Source: Polyangiales bacterium
GTDB lineage: Bacteria; Myxococcota_A; Polyangia; Polyangiales; Houyiibacteriaceae
DNA length: 23,861 nucleotides
Assembly (NCBI GenBank): GCA_045106895.1
Contig: JBGCFM010000233.1
Location: 1 to 23,861, forward strand
Direction of reading: 5' to 3'
This document shows positions 16,718-23,861 of this stretch, piece after piece. Position 1 is the first letter of the stretch. Every line of letters begins with the position of its first letter. A model generated the notes under the pieces. That model ran no database searches, was not told the DNA's origin, and worked only from the letters and a program-made list of their open reading frames with translations. A program made the position numbers and the translations under genes.

Positions 16718-17028
16718 GCGACGCTCACCGATTCGCTCGCCAGCTTGTGTTGGCGGAGATCGGCCCGGAAGGTCAGTCAAAGCTGAACGCGATGGAGTTT
16801 GCTGTGCCCCCTGAGCCAGGTGGCAAAATCGCCGCTGAGTACTTGCGGCGGGCCGGCGCAAAGGAACGCGAGGGATCATCGACGATCCCCATCGCAGACG
16901 CCGAGAGCCAACCTCAAAACAGGATCGCCATCGATACAACACACGGAATTCTGGGCGCTCTTGAGGCGCTTCGCCGTGAGCTTGGGATGACGCCGCGGCC
17001 GCCACTCACGCTAGTATCCGAGCGATGA
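16714..17028 (+). CDS. Minimal, non-catalytic MoeB/ThiF-derived protein (Arg-finger plus dimer helices)
   Basis: HRFARQLVLAEIGPEGQSKL matches the MoeB N-terminus; AAEYLRRAG and GILGALEALR match MoeB helices; no GxGxxG. TTGA and ATGA overlaps on both sides. Confidence 0.78.
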   Translation: MSDAHRFARQLVLAEIGPEGQSKLNAMEFAVPPEPGGKIAAEYLRRAGAKEREGSSTIPIADAESQPQNRIAIDTTHGILGALEALRRELGMTPRPPLTLVSER

Positions 17029-17537
17029 CGGATCATCCTCAATACCCGAGCGCACCTTGGGTCCGGGCTTCGCTGCGTATCAACGCGGCTCTCATGGCGC
17101 ACGTTCGCCAAAGCGCAGAGGATGCGTATCCAAGCGAATGCTGCGGCTTTCTGTTTGGCCCCGCCGAAGACGTCGGCCTCCTCGACGAGGTCTCCGCACA
17201 GGTCAACGAAGCCGACAAGTACCACGCGATGGACCCAGAGACCTTCCCTCGGACATCCCGCACGTACTTCAAGATCAACGAGCTCCGGGCGTCGCGAACG
17301 CTCGAGAGCGCCGCAAAAGCCGGGCGTCCGCTCAAGGTCATTTACCATTCACACTGTGACGCCGGGGCGTACTTCTCGAAAGAAGACGCCGACACCTTCA
17401 GCCAGGGCGCCAAGCTCATGTGGCCCTGTGCCTTTGTCGTCGTGAGCGTGAAGAATGGTCTGGCCACCGATACGAAACTCTGGCTCCACATCCCCGGAAC
17501 AGACCAGTTTGAAGAAGGAGAATTGACCGTTGAGTGA
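17025..17537 (+). CDS. JAMM/MPN+ (Mov34, M67) metallopeptidase, Mec+-like
   Basis: AYPSECCG (catalytic Glu) and VIYHSHCDAGAYFSKED (HxH-x7-S-x2-D). Confidence 0.9.
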   Translation: MTDHPQYPSAPWVRASLRINAALMAHVRQSAEDAYPSECCGFLFGPAEDVGLLDEVSAQVNEADKYHAMDPETFPRTSRTYFKINELRASRTLESAAKAGRPLKVIYHSHCDAGAYFSKEDADTFSQGAKLMWPCAFVVVSVKNGLATDTKLWLHIPGTDQFEEGELTVE

Positions 17538-17958
17538 AGGCCCATACCGCAACCCTTATCCAACCACCGACGTCATCGTCGAGGTCGAAGGAGGCATCGT
17601 CCTCATCGAACGAGCCGGAGACCCGAAAGGCTGGGCCCTCCCCGGGGGCTTTATCGACTATGGAGAGTCCGCCGAAGACGGAGCACGACGAGAGGTGCTC
17701 GAAGAGACAGGCTTGACGGTTTCCTTGAAGGCCCTTCTCGGCGTGTACTCGGCCCCGGAACGCGACCCGCGACAGCACAACCTGAGCGTGGTCTACGTTG
17801 GCAGGGCCGAGGGAACTCCCACCGGCGGAGACGACGCTGCGCAGGCCCGAGTCTTCGCCCTGGACGCCCTGCCGGCGCCGCTTTGCTTCGACCACGAGCT
17901 GATTATTGAGGACTACCGCCGTTTTCTGGCGAGCGGCAAGCAGCCGCCTCCTCGCTAG
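17530..17958 (+). CDS. NUDIX hydrolase (ADP-ribose pyrophosphatase-like)
   Basis: WALPGGFIDYGESAEDGARREVLEETGL Nudix box, RDPR, LCFDH. Confidence 0.9.
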   Translation: MSEGPYRNPYPTTDVIVEVEGGIVLIERAGDPKGWALPGGFIDYGESAEDGARREVLEETGLTVSLKALLGVYSAPERDPRQHNLSVVYVGRAEGTPTGGDDAAQARVFALDALPAPLCFDHELIIEDYRRFLASGKQPPPR

Positions 17959-17983
17959 GCGACCTTGTCGCTCTCGCGATAAG

Positions 17984-18037
17984 AAACGACAAAAGCGCCG
18001 ACCGACCCGAGAGGGAACGGAGGCGCTTTTTGCGTTT
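17984..18037. terminator. Bidirectional intrinsic terminator between the NUDIX gene and rplS
   Basis: AAAAGCGCC (17991-17999) pairs with GGCGCTTTT (18022-18030), with an inner CCG/CGG and CCC/GGG stem and A/T tails on both sides, between convergent genes. Confidence 0.75.
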
Positions 18038-18064
18038 GCTGGTTTTAGAAACCAGGCGTCTAGT

Positions 18065-18439
18065 TCAGTTGAACTTGTCGCCGGCCTTGCGCTTGGATGT
18101 ACGAAGACGGGCCTTCTTGCCGCGGAGATCCCGGAGGTAGTAAAGACGTGCCTGGCGGACGTGGCCGCGCGCGATGATCTCAATCTTCTCAACGCGTGGG
18201 GAGTGCGTGGGGAAGATTCGCTCGACGCCTACGCCGTAGGAAACCTTGCGAACGGTGAAGGCTGCGCGGACGCTTCCGCGGGTGCGTCGGATGATGACGC
18301 CCTGGAAAACCTGAACACGCTCTTTTTCGCCCTCACGGATGCGGAAATGAACCTTGACGGTGTCGCCTGCGCGAAAGTTTGGAACATCGCGAAGCTGGGC
18401 ATCTTCGATGGCGGCGATTTGTGGGACGGTGTTGCTCAT
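18065..18439 (-). CDS. rplS: 50S ribosomal protein L19
   Basis: [29 protein letters not shown]...[13 protein letters not shown]...[17 protein letters not shown]. Confidence 0.98.
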   Translation of the reverse strand: MSNTVPQIAAIEDAQLRDVPNFRAGDTVKVHFRIREGEKERVQVFQGVIIRRTRGSVRAAFTVRKVSYGVGVERIFPTHSPRVEKIEIIARGHVRQARLYYLRDLRGKKARLRTSKRKAGDKFN

Positions 18440-18466
18440 TAGAAGTCTCGTCGAAAAGGGACCGGA

Positions 18467-18495
18467 CGGTTAGCACGGGGCATTTGGAATGTCCA
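18467..18495 (-). promoter_or_regulatory. Possible internal sigma70 promoter for rplS (TGGACA-17 nt-TAACCG, extended -10 TG)
   Basis: Minus-strand TGGACA at 18495-18490 and TGcTAACCG, with a 17-nt spacer; A/T tracts upstream at 18512-18540. Confidence 0.4.
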
Positions 18496-18568
18496 CGTGG
18501 GGGATGCCCTCAAAGATTAAAAAAGTACAAAAAGGCAAAGAATGGCGCAAATGACCATGTGCGGGTCT

Positions 18569-19138
18569 CTAGCGCGCTCCGAGCAAGCGGTCGAGGATGA
18601 TGGCAAAAGCCGCTCGAACACTCAGATGATTGAAAGGTGAATCGCCCCGTCCATGGATGGGCTCAAGGAGCACATCCGCGGCCTCAAGAACGCTGGGACT
18701 GAGTCCGTGGCCGGTGCCAAAAATGAGGAGCGTTGGCCCCTCGCCGCTCTCTAAGCGCGCGCGCTCGTCAGCGAAGGTGCTGAGGGCAAACCCCGACGAA
18801 CGAGCCGCTGTAGCCACCACGCGCGGGCGTGAGCCAGTCTCCTGCTCGACGGCTTTCATCGCCGCTTCGAGGCTCTCGATGGGACGGACGCGCTCCAGCG
18901 CAGTGGTTCGGGCGGGGATACGAACGGGGCCGTGGACGCCCGTCCAGTGGTCGACGATCCGTTGGGTCAGATCACGCTGAACGCTGATAGGCGTCACGAC
19001 AAAGTAGCCGGCCAAATCGTAGGTTCGCGCCGACCGCGCCAGATCGTGAACGTCGATATTGGTCACGGCGGTCGTGACTTCCTCGCCGATCCGGTCGATG
19101 ACCGGGTGGTGAACAAGGGCGCAATAGATCGGCTTCAT
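18569..19138 (-). CDS. SPOUT-class RNA methyltransferase of the type found next to or fused with TrmD (DUF2168-like)
   Basis: ALVHHPV...[19 protein letters not shown]...LIFGTGHGL...[21 protein letters not shown] overlap with trmD. Confidence 0.88.
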   Translation of the reverse strand: MKPIYCALVHHPVIDRIGEEVTTAVTNIDVHDLARSARTYDLAGYFVVTPISVQRDLTQRIVDHWTGVHGPVRIPARTTALERVRPIESLEAAMKAVEQETGSRPRVVATAARSSGFALSTFADERARLESGEGPTLLIFGTGHGLSPSVLEAADVLLEPIHGRGDSPFNHLSVRAAFAIILDRLLGAR

Positions 19139-19866
19139 GCTCGCTCTTTCTCTACTTCCGCCAGGAGCGCGCGATCTTCATCCGAGAGCGCGGCCGTCGC
19201 CAGCATGTCCGGACGACGTTCGAGGGTGCGACGCAGCGCCTCTTTTCTTCGCCAGCGCGCGATGAGTGCGTGATTTCCACTGAGCAGCACGGGGGGTACG
19301 TCTTGTCCCTTGTAGGTCGCAGGGCGCGTGTACTGGGGGTGCTCCAGAAGGCCCGTCGAGTGCGACTCTTCCACCGCGGAGTGCGCGTTTCCAAGGACGC
19401 CGGGCAGGAGGCGCGCTGTGGCCTCGATGATGGTGGTCGCGGCCGTCTCCCCGCCGAGCAACACAAAATCGCCGAGGGACACTTCTTCATCGACCATGCC
19501 GCGGATGCGCTCATCGAAGCCCTCGTAGCGACCGCAGATGAGCGTAAGTGCGTCCAGGGATGCAAAGCGCTCCGCCATCGACTGGTCGAATCGTGTGCCC
19601 TGAGGCGTGAGCAGAACCTTGTGGCTGGGCCCTTCCCGCTTCTCGTCGAGGTGCTGCAACGCGGCGCCCATCGGTACCGGCGAGAGCACCATTCCGCTTC
19701 CACCACCGTACGGGGAGTCATCGACGCTGCGATGCTTGTCGTGGGTGAACTCGCGTGGGTTCAGCGCTTCGACTTCAACGGCGTCCTTGTCGAGGGCCTT
19801 CGCCAAAAGGCCGACGCGCAAGTGATCGACGACCTCCGGGAATAGCGTGATGATCTCAAAACGCAT
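19135..19866 (-). CDS. trmD: tRNA (guanine37-N1)-methyltransferase TrmD
   Basis: [64 protein letters not shown]. Start ATG 19866 in a TGATG overlap. Confidence 0.97.
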   Translation of the reverse strand: MRFEIITLFPEVVDHLRVGLLAKALDKDAVEVEALNPREFTHDKHRSVDDSPYGGGSGMVLSPVPMGAALQHLDEKREGPSHKVLLTPQGTRFDQSMAERFASLDALTLICGRYEGFDERIRGMVDEEVSLGDFVLLGGETAATTIIEATARLLPGVLGNAHSAVEESHSTGLLEHPQYTRPATYKGQDVPPVLLSGNHALIARWRRKEALRRTLERRPDMLATAALSDEDRALLAEVEKERA

Positions 19867-20393
19867 CAGCCGGACCGAACCGGGAGGTCGTCCCAGTCGC
19901 GGACGGTCACTTGGCCGCTCTCTTCGTCGATGTCGCGAAGCCACGGACGGGTAAGCGGCACCTCTCGGACGCCGCCGGTCGCGCCGCGGACCTCAAGGCA
20001 GTCCACCGCGGGGTACTCAAGCACCTTGAGGACCTCTCCGAGAACGGCGCCGCCTTCATCCACAACGCTCATTCCGGGCAGGTCTGCGTAGTAGTATTCT
20101 TCTTCCGACGCCTCGGGAAACTCCGAGCGTAGAACGTGAAGTTCGACCTTGCGGAGCGCGTCGACGTCCTCGATGGACTCCACTCCCTCGAGGGCCATCA
20201 CGACATACTTGTTTGCGCGTTTCGAACGAATGACATCCCGCGACTCACGTCGCCCGTCGCCGTGCACGAGAAGAACGCGAGTGAGCTTCTTCCAGAGCGG
20301 CGAATCCAGGTTAAACGCGTGTACGCGCATCTCACCACGAAGCCCATGAGGCTTCGTGATGCCGCCGATCGCAACGTACTCGTCGTCTGTCAT
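19866..20393 (-). CDS. rimM: 16S rRNA processing protein RimM
   Basis: [34 protein letters not shown]; lies between khpA and trmD. Start ATG 20393 after AGGA; alternative GTG 20438. Confidence 0.93.
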   Translation of the reverse strand: MTDDEYVAIGGITKPHGLRGEMRVHAFNLDSPLWKKLTRVLLVHGDGRRESRDVIRSKRANKYVVMALEGVESIEDVDALRKVELHVLRSEFPEASEEEYYYADLPGMSVVDEGGAVLGEVLKVLEYPAVDCLEVRGATGGVREVPLTRPWLRDIDEESGQVTVRDWDDLPVRSG

Positions 20394-20434
20394 GGGTTCC
20401 TGCGCAGACTCGCCGGCCTGCGTCAAATCGTGGC

Positions 20435-20674
20435 TCACTCGAGAATTTCGAGGATCGCGCGCTTGCGGGAGCGTGTTGCCATGCTCGAAAGCAGCGTTCG
20501 CATGGCTCTCGCCGTGCGACCCTCTTTGCCGATGACTTTGCCCAGGTCGTCTGGAGCAACCGTCAGTTCGAATACCCAAGCGCGGTCTTCCTCGACGACC
20601 TGCACCTCGACGGAGTCAGGCTCGTCGACGAGGGCGCGCGCTAAGAAGAGCACCAGCTCTTTCATCGCGTCCAT
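20435..20674 (-). CDS. khpA: KH-domain RNA-binding protein KhpA
   Basis: [19 protein letters not shown]...[21 protein letters not shown] (GxxG loop). Alternative start 20665. Confidence 0.93.
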   Translation of the reverse strand: MDAMKELVLFLARALVDEPDSVEVQVVEEDRAWVFELTVAPDDLGKVIGKEGRTARAMRTLLSSMATRSRKRAILEILE

Positions 20675-20677
20675 TGC

Positions 20678-20929
20678 TTAGGCGCTCGGAGCGATCTTCT
20701 TGTGGTCTTTGGCGATCTTTTTGACGCGGTCGCTGACCTGGGCGCCAACGCTCGTCCAGTAGGCGAGACGGTCGTGGTCGACACGAGTCTCTTCCATTGG
20801 GCGGCTCGGATCGTAGATGCCGATCTCTTCGATGAACTTCCCGTCGCGGGCGTTCTCCTTCGGAGTGACGACAATGTGGTAAAAGGGGCGCTTCTTGGAA
20901 CCAGCGCGGGAAAGTCGGACCTTGACCAT
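20678..20929 (-). CDS. rpsP: 30S ribosomal protein S16
   Basis: MVKVRLSRAGSKKRPFYHIVV...RDGKFIEEIGIYDP...YWTSVGAQVSDRV. Confidence 0.98.
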   Translation of the reverse strand: MVKVRLSRAGSKKRPFYHIVVTPKENARDGKFIEEIGIYDPSRPMEETRVDHDRLAYWTSVGAQVSDRVKKIAKDHKKIAPSA

Positions 20930-21041
20930 CAGGTTTCTCTTCGTTTGTTTTGCGCCCCACCTCCTACAAAGGAGAACGGGACAGGAAATCTTGGAGTTCG
21001 TTCGTTAAAGCCCAAATTCAGGCTCTTGAAAGAAGGCGCGG

Positions 21042-21070
21042 AAACTAGCCTCGGGATGTGAGGTCGTCAA
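21042..21070 (-). promoter_or_regulatory. Sigma70 promoter of the rpsP operon (TTGACG-17 nt-TAGTTT)
   Basis: Minus-strand TTGACG at 21070-21065 and TAGTTT at 21047-21042, with an exact 17-nt spacer, about 110 nt above rpsP. Confidence 0.7.
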
Positions 21071-21149
21071 GCAGGCACGCGACAGCAATGCGAAGTCTTC
21101 GATGAAATCAGGATGGCTTGTGGGTGGTTTCCTAGTCATGGTTGCTTCT

Positions 21150-22652
21150 ATGCCGCTCCGAAGATGGTCTTTTCTCGTGGTTCTGTCCCTCGTTGTGGGG
21201 TGCGATGGCTGCGAAAGCGAGGGTGAGACCGTGGACGTGGGGGCCAGCATCGAGCGTCCGGCGCCGGACCTTCGAATCGTGGCGATCACGGATCTGCAAG
21301 GAACTCTGGCCCCGTGTGGCTGTACATCGCGTCCCTTAGGCGGAATTGACCGCATGGTCCGCTTCGTCGAAGACGCGGGCGAAGACATCTTGTTCGTATC
21401 GGCGGGGAACGTCCTAGCCGGCGGGCCGCATCATGGCGGTCCAGAGTCCGAAGAGACCGACCGCTGGAAGAGCGAAGCCGTCGCGGCGATCCTCAGCGCC
21501 GAGGACGTTCGGGCGATGAATGGCCCCGCGGACACGGAATGCGGCGTCGACCTTCCGGGAGCCGTGCTCTTCGGTTCCGAAAATGCCACGAGCATCATCG
21601 ACGTTGCGGACTCAAAAGTTGGCCTCATCGCTCTTCGCAGCCCGGGCGACGTCAGCTCCCTCGCCACCCACGCTCAAGACCTGCGTAACGAAGGCGCGAA
21701 CGTCGTCCTGGTGCTTGGCTACGGCACCCGCCGAATGCTCCGAGACGCCGCCGCGACGCCGGGAGTCGACTTTGTGCTTCAAGGCGGCCTCGACGCGGAG
21801 GACGCCCTTCCCCCGAGCGAAAGCGAACCTGGATGGCTCCTGCACGCCGGCCGCCAAGGACAGCACGTATTGACGCTGGACCTCTACCTTCGAGGCGAGG
21901 GCACATTCACGAACATCAGCGAGTGGAACGTCGAAGTCGACCGAGGGCGTCTCAACGCCGAGATCGAGGACTTAAACGCCCGCCTCGAAGAGTGGACGGC
22001 GGATGGTCGTAGCGCGGAAGAGCTCGGTCCCCAGCGGGCTCGACTGGCAGCGCTCGAGACCGAGCTGCAGGCCCTTCGTGTGCCGTCATTGCCAACGGGC
22101 TCACCTTCGTTTTCGGCGGCGCTCACGGAACTCGACCCGGATATGGAACGAAGCGCCAGCGTTCAGGAAGAACTCGCCGCGCTGGACTTACGAATCAACG
22201 GTCACAATCGAGAAGCGTATGCCGGGCGAACGCCACCGGCGCCCGCGGAAGGGGCGCCGCACTATGTAGGCTCCGGCGCCTGCGCCTCCTGCCACGAAGA
22301 GGCGTTCACCTGGTGGCAAGGTCACCCCCACGGCCGCGCCTACGCGACGCTGGAAGCGGTCAACAAGGAGTTCCACTTGGATTGCGTGGGCTGCCACGTG
22401 ACTGGTTACGAGAGGCCAGGCGGGAGCACCGTCACCTACAACTTGGACGGCGCCCTGACCAACGTCGGCTGCGAAAACTGTCACGGACCCGCAAGCCAGC
22501 ACGTCAGCGAACCGACCGTTCACTCCCTTCGCGCGGAAACCGAGGAATCGACGTGCACGGGCTGTCACAACGAGGAGCACTCCGACCTCTTCAACTACGA
22601 GGTGTATCGGCAGACGTTGATGGTGCCTGGTCATGGCAGGCCAGCGCTTTGA
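21150..22652 (+). CDS. Lipoprotein: UshA/5'-nucleotidase-like N-terminal domain plus tetraheme c554-type cytochrome
   Basis: Lipobox LSLVVG|C; ITDLQGTLAPCGC...LGGIDR...FVSAGN; CxxCH at 22281, 22383, 22470 and 22554. Start ATG 21150 (alternatives 21102, 21138). Confidence 0.85.
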   Translation: MPLRRWSFLVVLSLVVGCDGCESEGETVDVGASIERPAPDLRIVAITDLQGTLAPCGCTSRPLGGIDRMVRFVEDAGEDILFVSAGNVLAGGPHHGGPESEETDRWKSEAVAAILSAEDVRAMNGPADTECGVDLPGAVLFGSENATSIIDVADSKVGLIALRSPGDVSSLATHAQDLRNEGANVVLVLGYGTRRMLRDAAATPGVDFVLQGGLDAEDALPPSESEPGWLLHAGRQGQHVLTLDLYLRGEGTFTNISEWNVEVDRGRLNAEIEDLNARLEEWTADGRSAEELGPQRARLAALETELQALRVPSLPTGSPSFSAALTELDPDMERSASVQEELAALDLRINGHNREAYAGRTPPAPAEGAPHYVGSGACASCHEEAFTWWQGHPHGRAYATLEAVNKEFHLDCVGCHVTGYERPGGSTVTYNLDGALTNVGCENCHGPASQHVSEPTVHSLRAETEESTCTGCHNEEHSDLFNYEVYRQTLMVPGHGRPAL

Positions 22653-23233
22653 AGCGAATCACCATCCTCCTCGCCCTCGTCGCGTGTGGGCCGCCGCCAA
22701 TTCGAGTCGTGATGACCGCTCCCTCACCGGAGCGAAGCGACGTCGATTCGACGGAAGTCGATGAGGTGGATCGCGAGGCGGGTCACGACGAACCCGAAGA
22801 CCCTGAAGACCCTTCTTCCAGCGGCACTGTCACGGGTTCAACGACGGCCACGACAGCTGCGCCGCCGCCTCATCGACCGCGAGAGCCCGTCGTCTCAGCG
22901 GACGCTCCCGTGCTGGAGACTCTCTCGGGTCGTGTCTCTTACTACTCCGATCGCCTCGCGGGCCGGTCCACCGCCAGCGGCGAGCCCTACCGCACCCGTG
23001 AGTTCACCGCGGCGAGTCGAGACCTTCCGTTTGGGACGCTCGTTCGCGTCGTGCGCCTTTCGCGCGCCGGAAATGAGGAGCTTGGCAGCGTCGTGGTTCG
23101 CGTGAATGATCGCGGCCCCTTCGGAGACCACCGGCGAATCCTCGATCTGAGCCGTGCAGCGGCGGAGGCCTTGGACATGGTGAGCGCCGGCGTGGTTCCC
23201 GTGCGCGCAGAGATTCTGCGCCGCGGTCGCTAG
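22649..23233 (+). CDS. rlpA: RlpA-family (DPBB) lytic transglycosylase lipoprotein, no SPOR domain
   Basis: TTG 22649 in a TTGA overlap; lipobox LLALVA|C; GRVSYY...TASGE...TAASRDLPFGT...VRVNDRGPF...RILDLSRAAA. Confidence 0.9.
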   Translation: MKRITILLALVACGPPPIRVVMTAPSPERSDVDSTEVDEVDREAGHDEPEDPEDPSSSGTVTGSTTATTAAPPPHRPREPVVSADAPVLETLSGRVSYYSDRLAGRSTASGEPYRTREFTAASRDLPFGTLVRVVRLSRAGNEELGSVVVRVNDRGPFGDHRRILDLSRAAAEALDMVSAGVVPVRAEILRRGR

Positions 23234-23861
23234 CTAGCAGGCGGCGTACACGGCGCTTCGCTGCTCGTCGGTTCGGGAGGCGCACATGCGGGCACTTCGG
23301 TAGTGATGCTCGACGGGGTATTCATGGGTGTAGCCGTAGCCACCATGGATCTGAATCGCGTGGTCGCAGGCCAGCAGCGCGCCGCGACAAGCCATCAGCC
23401 GTGCGCCGGCGCAGGATGAAGAGCCAGGAGCAAGCGCCGCGCGATGCACCATCGATTCCGCCGCGCAGAGCGCCATCTCGGCGTCCGCGAGCTTCCACTG
23501 AATCGCCTGAAAGTCCGCGATGGGGCGTTTGAACTGTCGGCGCTCCTTGGCGTACGCCAGCGCAGTGCGTTGCGCTGAGCGCCCGGAACCAAGGGCCACG
23601 GCTGCGACGCAGAGGTCGTTCATTGCACGGACCGAATCCGAATCCGCCACCTTCGCGATTGGCGTCGCGGGGAACGTGAAGTGCCCCAAACGGACACCTC
23701 GGTGGCCCATCGTCGGGACGCGTGTCGCCTCGAAGCCGTCATGGATACCGTCCCCGCTGACGAGATAGCTGCTCGGAATCGGCGAGAGCCCCCCGTCGCT
23801 GTACGCGAGGGTCTCTTTGCCCTCCGCGTGGGCTTCGGTGAAGAACTCGGTGGTGCGGAGC
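23234..23861 (-). CDS. Acyl-CoA dehydrogenase family protein, 5' end outside the window
   Basis: YAKERRQFKRPIADFQAIQWKLAD and AIQIHGGYGYTHEYPVEHHYR; the frame stays open from 23710 to the window edge. Confidence 0.85.
   Translation of the reverse strand, partial: LRTTEFFTEAHAEGKETLAYSDGGLSPIPSSYLVSGDGIHDGFEATRVPTMGHRGVRLGHFTFPATPIAKVADSDSVRAMNDLCVAAVALGSGRSAQRTALAYAKERRQFKRPIADFQAIQWKLADAEMALCAAESMVHRAALAPGSSSCAGARLMACRGALLACDHAIQIHGGYGYTHEYPVEHHYRSARMCASRTDEQRSAVYAAC

Noticed and set aside
16714..17028. Mini-E1 as a broken moeB fragment or pseudogene
   Set aside because: It lies downstream of the E1, duplicates helices also present in the E1, is open, and is coupled at both ends. Decay is not excluded without orthologs but is less parsimonious.
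15724..17537. Anti-phage ubiquitin-like system (Bil, CBASS Cap2/Cap3)
   Set aside because: No E2 or cyclase; the Ubl is CysO-like, the regulator is CymR-like, and the context is core genome.
21315..21323. Selenocysteine recoding at the CGC motif
   Set aside because: Both codons are TGT; there is no in-frame TGA.
23229..23238. Palindrome GCTAGCTAGC
   Set aside because: Simply two abutting convergent TAG stop codons (rlpA and the ACAD gene).

Overview
GC-rich, gene-dense bacterial chromosome window, most likely from a myxobacterium (Myxococcota, Polyangiales/Sandaracinaceae-like). This taxon is an inference from the Hanks kinase, MshEN/GspE-N protein, sigma54 site and Cys-rich lipoproteins. 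Left to right: mnmA (partial), cysteine desulfurase and a pseudo-receiver histidine kinase (minus strand); a GspE-N domain protein; an SLT transglycosylase; a double HARE-HTH/degenerate Mrr protein; a two-repeat lipoprotein; a stand-alone ddl with a sigma54-type promoter; a four-gene operon of exported proteins built from about 10 copies of one Cys-paired domain; a Ser/Thr kinase; a CymR-like Rrf2 / E1 / ubiquitin-like / mini-E1 / JAMM / NUDIX operon; the rpsP-khpA-rimM-trmD-SPOUT-rplS cluster; a UshA-like tetraheme cytochrome, rlpA, and a partial degenerate acyl-CoA dehydrogenase. The best novelty candidate is the E1, which appears divided into two complementary subunits. The catalytic MoeB/ThiF chain lacks the N-terminal Arg-finger helix, while a separate 104-aa gene keeps that helix plus dimer-interface helices, as in eukaryotic heterodimeric E1s. 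No RNA genes, CRISPR arrays or mobile elements were seen. All calls are by eye, without database searches.
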